From assembly GCF_030144855.1 (NCBI RefSeq), contig NC_082709.1, forward strand, positions 80,476,001 to 80,540,000: a DNA stretch of 64,000 nucleotides, read 5' to 3'. The position numbers were made by a program, and so were the translations under genes. How positions within the stretch are numbered: position 1 is the first letter of the stretch; every line of letters begins with the position of its first letter. Of the stretch, positions 9,329 to 22,000 are shown one piece after another. This stretch comes from Hypanus sabinus (lineage: Eukaryota). The notes below the pieces were generated by a model, which saw nothing but the letters and a program-made list of their open reading frames with translations, made no database searches and was not told the origin of the DNA.

Positions 9329-12300
9329 TCAGTGATCTCTGCTGATTTTTGCCATAATGAGAAGGAGCTGTTTCAAATGCGTCATGGTCTCAGTGCGGGT
9401 TATCTCCCAGGCACAGTTGCTGAATCCCTAAAAGGGAGGAAAAAAAGGCAAATGTACTCAATAGTGAAAAATTAGATAATGAACAAGTATCAAGTAGATA
9501 AATCAGTGTATTGGCAGGCACATGTTTAAATATCAATGTACCTTCTGTTTCAGAAACTCTCTCAATTTCTGAAAGTATTTAAGAATTGTGGCATTCTTCC
9601 TTGGTCTGGTCTCTGAGCCTGGTTTCCGGACACACACATCCAGCTCTCTGAGCTGCCGATCCAACAGAAGCCGGAGGAGTTCCACTGAGCTCTGGACCCA
9701 GCTGACTGAGCTCAGGTTCATACTGTAGATCCTGCAGAGGTGATGCAGGGTCTGATGGACAATCTGGATCCTTTCCTGGGCCTGTGCAAAACACACATGG
9801 GGACATTAGTAGGGCCGTGGTCTCACAAACGTTTAGAATTAGAACAGAGTGTTTATGAGTCTTAGTACAAGACAAAATCAAACATCAACTTAAAATATAC
9901 AGACCGCAAATGGAGGGCTACTAACAACTGTGAATTGAAGGCCACATCATTGGCAGTTTCCGTCTACAGCTAGAGATTTCAACAGGGAATGAGCAATGAA
10001 CCACACGGATGAAGAACAAGACGCTTGACTGAATGAGGGAATGGCATCGATGCCACAGGATGCTACTTACACAGAGACTAGAGTCTGCTCTCCTTTCACC
10101 AGAAATAGCGAGGGGGAGATTTTATAGAAATCGACAATCTCACAAAGAGGGGAATCAAGGAGGCGAAACAGACAGTCGTCTGAATGGGTTGTTAAAAAGA
10201 TTAAACAGTAACTTATAAAGACAGTGGCATAAGCAGTTGCATGTTAACTTTGCAAACACGAGGAAAGCTGCAGATGCTGGAAATTCAAGCAACACACAAA
10301 AAATGCTGGTGGAACGTAAAATGCCCAGGCAGCATCTATAGGGAGAAGCACCGGCGACGTTTTGGGCCGAGACCCTCGTCAGGACTAACTGAAAGAAGGG
10401 ATAGTAAGAGATTTGAAAGTGAGAGTGGGAGGGGGAGATCCAAATTGATAGGAGAAGTCCAGAGGGGGTGAGGTGAAGCTAAGAGCTGGAAAGGTGATTG
10501 GCAAAAGGGATACAGGGCTGGAGAAGGGAAAGGATCATGGGTCGGGAGGCCTAGGGAGAAAGAAAGGGGGAGGGGAACACCAGAGGGAGATGGAGAACAG
10601 GCAAAGAGTGATGGGCAGAGACAGAAACAAAGAGGGGGGAATAAATAAATCAAGGATGGGATAAGAAAGGGAGGAGGGGCATTAACAGAAGTCAGAGAAA
10701 TCAATGTTCATGCCATCAGGATGGAGGCTACCCAGCCGGTAAATAAGGTTGTCCCTCCAACCTGAGTGTGGCTTCATTTTGACAATAGACAAGGCCATGG
10801 GTAGACGTATCAGAATGGGAATGGGACATGGAATTAAAATGTGTGGCCACAGGGAGATGCTGCTTACTCTGCACCTACACACCTATGCTCTGTCCACCAG
10901 AGAAAGCAGGATCTCCCAGTAGCCACACATTTTAGGTGAACTGGTTAGGGGAATCGATGACAGGTGACTATGGGAATGGGAACTTTTTAGGGGTGTCTTG
11001 TAATGTGAGCTGAGGTGTCCTATGTCTGCACCCTGTGGTACCTGATGCCCAATGGCCATCACACATTTTTAAGATAAGCAGATCATAGGCATCTTCTACA
11101 CTTCAAAACTTGAGTAGAGGCAAATAAAAGTCACAGAAAAAAAGGTGCTGGGGTCCTCTCAGTCCATACCACCCATCAAGCAGCCACCTAAAGAAATCTC
11201 TTTCAGAGTGATTGGGGCAGTGGTAGTAGAAGGGAGATGCAGCCTGGAGAGAAACTGCGAGGAAGGAGAGGCAGTGGAACAGCATAAAGGCAGTCAGTTA
11301 TATGGTGTGAAATATGTCTATTTTAGTACAAGTAATGTCAGGAACAAGGGTGATGAAGTTAGAGCATAGGTCAGTACATGGAAGTTCAATGTTGTGGCCA
11401 TTACAGAGACTTGCCTGTCAGAAGGGCAAGAATTTTCTGTTGCATTTTCTGGGGTTTAGATTTTTCAAAAGGGACAGGGAGAGAGGGGAAATGGTGGGGG
11501 AGTGGGATTGCTAATCTGGGATGGTATCGCAGGGCATCCTTGAGGGATCGTCTACTGAGTCAGTGTTGATGGAAGTCAGAAACAGCAAGGGAGCAGTCAC
11601 TCTATTGAATGTTTTCTGTCCATCCCCCTACAGTATCAGAGATACTGAGCTGCAGATTGGGAGGCAGATTTTGGAAAGATACAGGGTTGTGGTCATGGGT
11701 GACTTCAAGTTCTCTAATATTGATTGTCAGCTCCTCAGTGCAAAAAGTTTAGATGGGACAGAACACGTTAGGTGTGTACTGGAAGGATTCCTGACACAGT
11801 GTGCAGACAGGCCAACTAGAGGAGAGGTCACATTAAGACTGGTTCTAGCCAATGAACGTGGTCAGGTGACATATCTTTTTTAGATGAGCATTTTGGAGAC
11901 AGTGACTACAACTCCCACATCTTTACCATAGCCTTTTAGAAGGATAGGAGCAAACAGTATGATAAATTATTTAATTGGAGGCAGGTGAATTATGATGCTA
12001 TTAGATAGGAACGAGAGCATAAATTGGGAACAGATGCACTCAGAGAAATGCACCATGGAAATGTGAAGGCTGTAGTACTTGCATGTGATTCTGGATAGGT
12101 TTACCCTATAAAGGCAAAGAAAAGATGGTAGGGTGAAGGAATCACGGTTGACAAGAGAAGTGGAACACCTAGTTTAGAGGAAGAAAGAAACATACCTAAC
12201 ATTTAGTAAGACAAGATCAGACTCTTGAGAGTTACAAGGTAGGCTATAACACATAGGAGCATAATTAGACCATTTGGCCCATCTAGTCTGCTAGTAGCCA

Positions 12301-13817
12301 GGCAGCAGCTAACAAATGGACTTAGGAGAGCTAGAACTGGACATGAAAAGGCCATCACACATCGAATTAAGGAAATCCCCAAGGCAGAACAGTGGATGTA
12401 GTCTTATGGATTTTAGTAACGCATTTGACATGTTCCTCATGGTAAGCTCATTCAAAAAGTAAAGAGGCATTGAATTCAGGGAAACGTGTCTACGTGGATT
12501 CAGAGATGGCTAGCCCACAGAAGGCAGAAGGTGGTAGCTGACGGAACACATTCTGACTTGAAGTCTTCTCGCTCGTGGTGTTTGCAAAAATCTGTCCTGA
12601 AACTCTTCTCTTTGTAATATTTTTTAAATGACTTAGATCAGGAAGCGGAAGGGAGAGTTAGTAAGTTTGCAGATAACACAAAGATTGATGCTGTTATGCA
12701 TAGAATAGAGGATTGATTTCGGTTAAAATGGGACATTCATGGAATGCAGAGCTGGGCTGGAAAATGGCAGATGGTGTTCAATTTAGAAAAGTATCAAGTT
12801 TTTCTCTTTGGAAGGTCAAAATTGAAGGCAGAATATACAGAGTTAATGGCAGGGATCTTAAGTGGAGGAAAAGAGGGATCTTGAAGTCCATGTCCATGGA
12901 TCCCTTAAATTTGCTGAGGAAGTTGACAGGATGATTAAGAAGACATCTGGAGTTACTCATAGGATTGAGTGTAAGAGCTGTTAGGTAATGTTGCAGTTCT
13001 ATGTTCTATGTTTCTATAACTCTTCTATAAAACTCAGGTTAGACCACACTTGGAGTATTGTGTTCAGTTTTGTTCACTTCAATATAGGAAGTACATGGCT
13101 TTAGAGAGGGTGCAGAGGAGACTTACCATGATGCTGATCAGATTAGAGGGCATGTGTCATGAGGATGAATTGGGATTTTCTCCTTGGAGAGAAGGAAGAT
13201 GAGACATGATTTGATTGAGGTGTACAAGATGATAACAGGCAAAGGTAGAGTGGGCAACAGAGACTTTTTCCCAGGATGAAAATGGCTAATAAAAGGAGCA
13301 TAACTTTCAGGCGTTTGGAGGAATGTATGGGCAGGCAGTGTCAGAGGTAGGTCTTTTACACAGAGAACAGTGGATGCATAGAACGTCTTGCCAGGGTGGT
13401 GGTCGAGGCAAATACATTTGGGACATTATTGGGACTCTTAGATAGACATATGCAAGAAAGGAACACGGAGGACTATGAGGGAGGGATGGGTTAGAATGAT
13501 ATTAGAATAGACATTGTGCATGTACTGTGCTGCATTGTTCTCATGCTCATTCACCATTAGCTGCTCAGTGGCGTTGGCAATTGAAGCAATCATATACTCC
13601 TTAAATGTTGTGAAAATTTTTGCCCTCAATATCTTCACAGACGCTGGGTTCCAAATTTCAAGCATACCCTGGAGGAACATTTTTCTAATGTCCCATCCAA
13701 ACCTCTTACTTTTTTGACTTAAATCAATGTAGACACCTCAGCTGTGGGGAAAAATAATGCAATACATTCTAATTCCACCACACATAATTTGATGCACCTC
13801 TATTCCCCCCCCCCCCG

Positions 13818-13872
<55 letters not shown>

Positions 13873-14821
13873 CCTTCGTCTCCTTGATCCCAGTGGGCCA
13901 ACTAAGCTGAACAATCATTTAACCAGGTTGGAGGGGGCACTTAATCTTGAGTGTCAGATTATTAGGATGGTGCTGTTGATTTCATCACCCGTGGTGGACA
14001 CCGTTTTTCTGTTGATTCGAGGAGATTTTGAGGGGATAAGAAGATTTATAGCAGATGGTCAGAAGGGATAAATGCAGTGGGTAGTTGAAACGATCAGACA
14101 GCCTGATCAGGGGGCGCAGGGAGAAGGAGTGAGAGTAACAAGCAGAAGGTCGCAGAGAGCGGCATGTTTAGTGTTAGAGCATGTGAGATGAGGAGAGGGT
14201 GTTAGATACACAGTGTGGGCCACCAGTGAGTGGGACACAGGAGGAGATCGACAGGGTGTGAAGGCTGCAGTCAGATATATTCCCTTTGAATGTTTTCCTT
14301 AGGATCCGAGCTGGAGTGACAGAAAATGCCAATGACATGGAGAGAAAGCATTGACATTCTGTAATAGTTTATTCACCTGTTCAATTTCAAGTCAGATTCT
14401 TAGCATCACAAAAATATCTCGAATAATTTACGTTAAAGTAAAATGCAGAGATTACTCACAGGAACCTCCGCCGAAAGTTTCACCAGCTCCAAGGGCTTGG
14501 TTTTCAACGACAGCCTCTCAGTCACACAGTGTCGAGGGAGGCGGCCACCCTGAGACAGAAGATATCAACGTTACTGACAATCCCCACACACAGAAACACC
14601 GGACAACAGACTCTTTGAAATCACCTGATTGGTAACAGCAAACAGCCGGGGACTGTCAGGACCGGTCTCTGGGAGCGGGTTCAACTCACCATTTCATTTA
14701 GCTCGCCCAGAGTCTCTCTGTTGAGAACTTGCAGTAACTGTAACCTCTCACAGCCCAGGGTCAGGGTCACGGTCAACAACAGCCACACACTGCAAACTCT
14801 CCAAACACGGCCCAATGCCAT
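9329..14821 (-). CDS. IFN: Type I interferon, copy B (complete, 186 aa). Exons 14821-14690, 14549-14460, 9781-9542, 9427-9329
   Basis: Spliced product: MALGRVWRVCSVWLLLTVTLTLGCERLQLLQVLNRETLGELNEM/GGRLPRHCVTERLSLKTKPLELVKLSAEVP/AQERIQIVHQTLHHLCRIYSMNLSSVSWVQSSVELLRLLLDRQLRELDVCVRKPGSETRPRKNATILKYFQKLREFLKQK/GFSNCAWEITRTETMTHLKQLLLIMAKISRDH*. All introns are phase 0 GT-AG. The YF..L..FLK.K.FS.CAWE signature is typical of type I IFN. Mature Cys are at about 1, 29, 101 and 136. Confidence 0.92.
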
Positions 14822-15005
14822 CTTCACCCGACACTGAATACAGCACCGATCTGAGACCAGAATCAGCTCCGAAAACGGGTCTTGTTCGCCGAATGGAACT
14901 CTCGATATGGAAATGCCACGGCTTGTGATCCGGGAGCGAACGCTGGTGCTGCCGAGACCCGTGTCTGGGGATCCTGTTCTGAGCTCTCTCTGCCATGCTG
15001 CCGGA

Positions 15006-15150
15006 TTTTATATGTGAAAATCCGAAAATAGGTTTCATTCGAAAAGTGAAATGACCGGGATATTTGGGAGCCTGTCGGGAGAGAGCGGTCTCCGCTCTGA
15101 AGTAAGGAATCTGAAAGCTGGAGAGTCCAGCTGCAGCGACGGGAAAATCC
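15006..15150 (-). promoter_or_regulatory. IFN proximal promoter, copy B
   Basis: Same TATA, IRF and kB-like motifs as copy A. Confidence 0.7.
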
Positions 15151-18100
15151 GCCAGCGGGGAGAGCAACAGCGCTCAGGCTCTTGGTGCGTTCAGATCGGG
15201 GGTCCAAGGTGTTGTGGAGGGTGGGTCGAGTTTGGCAAGGGACGTGCTGGGGTGAGGACGTGACTGTGTCGGTGCATCCGTCGGGGCTGCATGTTATCAG
15301 GGTTACCGTAACACTGCATCTGTCAGCGCTGATCTTCTCTGTTACATCCAACTGCAGTGGTGCCATATCGCAGGGTGGTCAGTGCAGAGCGCCCGGGCCA
15401 CGTCCTTCTGCTGGCGACTGTGCTCGCTATGAAGATGGTATGGTGTCTGGGTTCTTTACAGAAGACACTTCGGCGTTTCTTTCGTCTCCGGATCGCAAGG
15501 CGATTCCGATGCCTGCTCTCTCTGCGGGATAGTCTCCAGCTCAGCTTGCCGCTGGGAAGTGGCTGCGCGGCAAATTCACCCGAAACGAAAGCGTCCCAGG
15601 GTAAAAGTGACGGTTCGTCCTTTCCGAAAGTGGGCGTGTTTATCAACAGGAGTGGAACGCCAATAAAACTGCAGAAGCCATGACATCTACTTCCTGATTA
15701 AGTGCTGGAGTCCTCGGAGCAGGGGGTTCTCTCTCATTCCTATGGTTTTCGTCACTATCTAGCGCGGGAGTTCTCTGATATTACACTGGTTGAAGTATAC
15801 ATTCCCACCCCAGGCAGATGTCAAATTAACACCGGAGGGATTGAGCTCCGTGATTAACTGGCCTCCCCAATGCCCTCCTCAGTATCGAAGGGCACTTCAA
15901 CCAGTTTAGCGTGAAGGAGCCTCTACCGAACTACTGCCAGCATGCACCGGGAACATCCAAGGACTCAACACACTCGACCACTGCGGGATGCAACAGTAAA
16001 GACACGCGCCAGACCAGCATCCCTATTTTCTTAGTTGAAGGCGATTCAAAATGTCATCGAATACTCTGCCAAACTTCTGCAGATGTACAGTAGAAAGCGT
16101 TCTGGCGGGTTGCATCGTGGATTGGTGTGGAAACTCAATGCACAGGAATTCAAGAGGCTGCAGAGTGTAGTACACTCGTCCAGTTTCCTCACTCTCCACA
16201 CCATAAATGACATCGGCAGGAGACAGTGCCCCAGGAAAGCAACATCCATTATAAACGTTCCCACGAGGCAGAAACTAGAGGGGCCAGAAGACTCACATCT
16301 CAAAGCTCTTCAGCAGCTTCTTCCCCACCGTCTCGGGGTCCTGTTCCGACCTGAAATACCCTAACACGACCCTGGATCAACTTGCACAACTTACTTGTGT
16401 AGTTATGTCTACTTTTCTTATTTCGTAACTTGTGTATAATTTATGTTCCTGTAAGTTTACAGAACATAGAACAGTACAGCACAGGAACAGGCCCTTCGGC
16501 CCACAATGTTGTATCGAGGCAGCTTAAAAATAATTTAAAAACGAATCCCTCTTACCTCCATCTTCCTCATATCCACGTCCATGTGCTTATCTGAACGTCT
16601 CTTTAAAAGCCTCTACTACCAAACATTCCACATTCCAGGCATTTACCACTTCCTAAGTAAAAAAACTTACCTCTCGATTCCCCTTTGAACCTGCCCCGAC
16701 CCACCTTCAATGCATGCCCTCTGGTATTAGATATTTCTACCCTGGGAGAAAAAAGATACTCCCTGTCTACTCTACCTATGCATCTCATCATCATATAACC
16801 ATATAACAATCACAGCACGGAAACAGGCCATCCTGGCCCTTCTAGTCTGTGCCGAACGCTTACTCTCACCCAGTCCCACTGGCCCGCACTCAGCCCATTA
16901 CCCTCCATTCCTTTCCTGTCCATATACCTATCCAACTTTACTTTAAATGACAATACCGAACCTGCCTCTACCACTTCTACTGGAAGCTCATTCCACACAG
17001 TTACCACTCTCTGAGTAAAGAATATAAACCACTATCAGCTCTCCCTCCCACCCTATGCTGCTCCAAAGCAAGCAATCCAAATCTGTTCAGCCTCTCGTGA
17101 CAGCACATGCCCTCTAAATCAGGCAACATCCTGGTAAACCTCTTCTGCACCCTCTCGAAATCTTCAACATCCTTCCTATAGTGGAGCGACAAGAACTGTA
17201 TGCAAACCACCAGAGGTGGCCTAACAAGAGTCGATAAAGTTGCAACGTAACCTCTTGACCTTTGAACTCAATGCCACGACTGATAAAAACAAGTACTGTA
17301 TCCCATAAGCCTTCTTAACCACCTTATCGACCTGTGTCCCATTCTTGCCTGCACTACCTTGGAGGTCCTTCTCCTCAGCCTCTTTCCTAACTCTATATAC
17401 TCACTGTACAGGACTTTTTTTTTGTAAATTACGTTTGCTAACTTTTGTTAGTAATGTTTATAATATGCTGTGCTGTTCTTGCAAACAAAAAGCTAATTTT
17501 CATGGCATTTATAACCTGGGCACTGATGCTTCTGACAATAAACTTAAATTTAGAATTTATGATCCTGGATTCTAAAAGTTCTCAATCCCAGTCCCATTCT
17601 GACCTGACTGCAGCCTCCTCCACTGCCACAGTGAGCCCGATATTAGCAAGAAGAGCCGTACGTTACCCTCCCTGACAGTGCTACTGCATGTGGCTTCTGC
17701 TTTTACAAAATAGGCCTGTGTTACACGTTCACTTCGGATTCAACACTTCCTCATTCGAAGGGAGAATATGAGGATGAAAACCAAGAACGTAAATCCAAGT
17801 ATCATACAGGGAAGATAAAAATCAAGTCAAATCACTGTGAAGTGTACTCATATGCTGAGTGTGACATTGCAAGGGATAGAATAAAGCGGGGGAAGTACCT
17901 TTAACAAGATGTGAGAAGACGAAATGTTATATTCTGTGAGGAGGATCAGCGTGCACAAAATTTGTATTCCAAAAATGTGAAATATTCAGAATAATTAACA
18001 TGTAGAAACATCTTCAATGATTTTTTTATTAAATGTAGAAATATATTATCCATTGCAATTCTCACAATAATAATAAATTAAAACTTTTGAGATACATGTA

Positions 18101-19092
18101 CATACTTTTAAAAATGATCAGAATAAATACAGTATAAATAAATTAAGTTAAATATATCTTCTAACCATTGGAAGAACAATCACATTATGCTCACTGAAGG
18201 TCAGTGATGAAATCAAGAGGAATGGTTTTGCAAACCACAACCTGTGCACTAAGTGTAGGTCAGAACATTCCCAATGCATATTCCCATTGCAAAAATGACA
18301 ATTAGAGGAATAATTTTTGGGAAAACGAACGGAACTTTAAACAATTTTCCTTTGAAAAGGGGCTGAAACCTACAACTCTCAGATTAAACTGATAACACTA
18401 GAGGATGCTGGACAGAAGAAATTGCAAAATTTCATGTGCATGAACTTATGAGAAACAAAATTCCACCCAGGATTAATTTTAGGTAGGGAACTAAAATGAT
18501 GTAAACCATAACAGAGATAAGATGCAGAATGGCAGATAGACTACGAAGCTGTCCACTGTGCACCTTTTCCAGGAATGGATCATTGCATTACAGTAGCTGC
18601 CTGTCTTGATATGAATGGACAAGAATAGGATCATTCAGCAAATTCACATGTCATCACTGAGTAATACTACAAAAATAAATTAATTAATAAATAATACAAT
18701 AAATTAATACAACACTGGATATGGAGAAAGACCCAGACATTATTCCTTCCACATCACTTGCCAAATGAAAATGTGTGATTCATATAGTTATATAATAAAT
18801 AGTAAAAACAGAAAATACTGCAAACATGCACAGCTCAGACAACTGCTGAGAGGAGTGAACAACAGTTAGTGTTTCAAGTTTATGAGCATTGACTCGAGGA
18901 ATTAACTCAGGTTTCTTCTGCACATGCACTGATTATTTGCACCAGTTGGCGTTTCCATTAACATTTCTAGCATTTAGTTTAATTTATTTTTGAATGTAAT
19001 ATCAGTCTGTTCAGATATACTTTTCCTTGAAATTTATTTTAAATAAATAGTCATAAATCTTGATCCCTCATGAAATTGACTCTGGAAAATCT

Positions 19093-22000
19093 TCAGTGAT
19101 CTCTGTTGATTTTTGCCATAATGAGAAGGAGCTGTTTCAAATGCGTCATGGTCTCAGTGCGGGTTATCTCCCAGGCACAGTTGCTGAATCCCTAAAAGGG
19201 AGGAAAAAAAGGCAAATGTACTCAATAGTGAAAAATTAGATAATGAACAAGTATCAAGTAGATAAATCAGTGTATTGGCAGGCACATGTTTAAATATCAA
19301 TGTACCTTCTGTTTCAGAAACTCTCTCAATTTCTGAAAGTATTTAAGAATTGCGGCATTCTTCCTTGGTCTGGTCTCTGAGCCTGGTTTCCGGACACACA
19401 CATCCAGCTCTCTGAGCTGCCGATCCAACAGAAGCCGAAGGAGTTCCACTGAGCTCTGGACCCAGCTGACTGAGCTCAGGTTCATACTGTAGATCCTGCG
19501 GAGGTGATGCAGGGTCTGATGGACAATCTGGATCCTTTCCTGGGCCTGTGCAAAACACACATGGGGACATTAGTAGGGCCGTGGTCTCACAAACGTTTAG
19601 AATTAGAACAGAGTGTTTATGAGTCTTAGTACAAGACAAAATCAAACATCAACTTAAAATATACAGACCGCAAATGGAGGGCAACTAACAACTGTGAATT
19701 GAAGGCCACATCATTGGCAGTTTCCGTCTACAGCTAGAGATTTCAACAGGGAATGAGCAATGAATCACACGGATGAAGAACAAGACGCTTGACTGAATGA
19801 GGGAATGGCATCGATGCCACAGGATGCTACTTACACAGAGACAAGAGTCTGCTCTCCGTTCACCAGAAATAGCGAGGGGGAGATTTTATAGAAATCGACA
19901 ATCTCACAAAGAGGGGAATCAAGGAGGCGAAACAGACAGTCGTCCGAATGGGTTGTTACAAAGATTAAACAGTAATTTATAAAGACAGTGGCATAAACAG
20001 TTGCATGTTAACTTTGCAAACACGAGGAAAGCTGCAGATGCTGGAAATTCAAGCAATACACAAAAAATGCTGGTAGAACACAGCAGGCCAGGCAGCATCT
20101 ATAGGGAGGAGCACTGTCGACGTTTCGGGCCGAGACCCTTTGTCAGGACCAACTGAAAGGAAAGATAGTAAGAGATTTGAAAGTGGGAGGGGGAGGGGGA
20201 GATCCGAAATGATAGTAGAAGTCCAGAGGGGGTGGGGTGAAGCTAAGAGCTGGAAAGGTGATTGGCAAAAGGGATACAGGGCTGGAGAAGGGAAAGGATC
20301 ATGGGACGGGAGGCCCAGGCAGAAAGAAAGGGGGAGGGGGGGAGCACCAGAGGGAGATGGTGAACAGGCAAAGAGTGATGGGCAGAGCCAGAAAGAAAGA
20401 GGGGGGAATAAATAAATCAAGGATGGTGTAAGAAAGGGAGGAGGGGCATTAACGGAAGTTAGAGAAATCAATGTTCATGCCATCAGGTTGGAGGCTACCC
20501 AGCTGGTATATAATGTGTTGTTCCTCCAACCTGAGTTTGGCTTCATTTTGACAATAGACGAGGTCATGGGTAGATTTATCAGAATGGGAATGGGACATGG
20601 AATTAAAATGTGTGGCCACAGGGAGATGCTGCTTACTCTGCACCTACACACCTATGCTCTGTCCACCAGAGAAAGCAGGATCTCCCAGTAGCCACACATT
20701 TTAGGTGAACTGGTTAGGGGAATCGATGACAGGTGACTATGGGAATGGGAACTTTTTAGGGGTGTCTTGTAATGTGAGCTGAGGTGTCCCATGTCTGCAC
20801 CCTGTGGTACCTGATGCCCAATGGCCATCACACATTTTTAAGATAAGCAGATCATAGGCATCTTCTACACTTCAAAACTTGAGTAGAGGCAAATAAAAGT
20901 CACAGAAAAAAAGGTGCTGGGGTCTTCTCAGTCCATACCACCCATCAAGCAGCCACCTAAAGAAATCTCTTTCAGAGTGATTGGGGCAGTGGTAGTAGAA
21001 GCGAGATGCAGCCTGGAGAGAAACTGCGAGGAAGGAGAGGCAGTGGAACAGCATAAAGGCAGTCAGTTATATGGTGTGAAATATGTCTATTTTAGTACAA
21101 GTAATGTCAGGAACAAGGGTGATGAAGTTAGAGCATAGGTCAGTACATGGAAGTTCAATGTTGTGGCCATTACAGAGACTTGCCTGTCAGAAGGGCAAGA
21201 ATTTTCTGTTGCATTTTCTGGGGTTTAGATTTTTCAAAAGGGACAGGGAGAGAGGGGAAATGGTGGGGGAGTGGGATTGCTAATCTGGGATGGTATCGCA
21301 AGGCATCCTTGAGGGATCGTCTACTGAGTCAGTGTTGATGGAAGTCAGAAACAGCAAGGGAGCAGTCACTCTATTGAATGTTTTCTGTCCATCCCCCTAC
21401 AGTATCCGAGATACTGAGCTGCAGATTGGGAGGCAGATTTTGGAAAGATACAGGGTTGTGGTCATGGGTGACTTCAAGTTCTCTAATATTGATTGTCAGC
21501 TCCTCAGTGCAAAAAGTTTAGATGGGACAGAACACGTTAGGTGTGTACTGGAAGGATTCCTGACACAGTGTGCAGACAGGCCAACTAGAGGAGAGGTCAC
21601 ATTAAGACTGGTTCTAGCCAATGAACGTGGTCAGGTGACATATCTTTTTTAGATGAGCATTTTGGAGACAGTGACTACAACTCCCACATCTTTACCATAG
21701 CCTTTTAGAAGGATAGGAGCAAACAGTATGATAAATTATTTAATTGGAGGCAGGTGAATTATGATGCTATTAGATAGGAACGAGAGCATAAATTGGGAAC
21801 AGATGCACTCAGAGAAATGCACCATGGAAATGTGAAGGCTGTAGTACTTGCATGTGATTCTGGATAGGTTTACCCTATAAAGGCAAGGATAGGATGGTAG
21901 CGTGAAGGAATCACGGTTGACAAGAGAAGTGGAACACCTAGTTTAGAGGAAGAAAGAAACATACCTAACATTTAGTAAGACAAGATCAGACTCTTGAGAG

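Noticed and set aside
9533-9796. 87-aa ORF MCFAQAQERI..KVH as a standalone intronless gene
   Set aside because: It is IFN exon 3 plus a few intronic codons, bounded by CAG and GT. The signal peptide and CAWE exons lie elsewhere.
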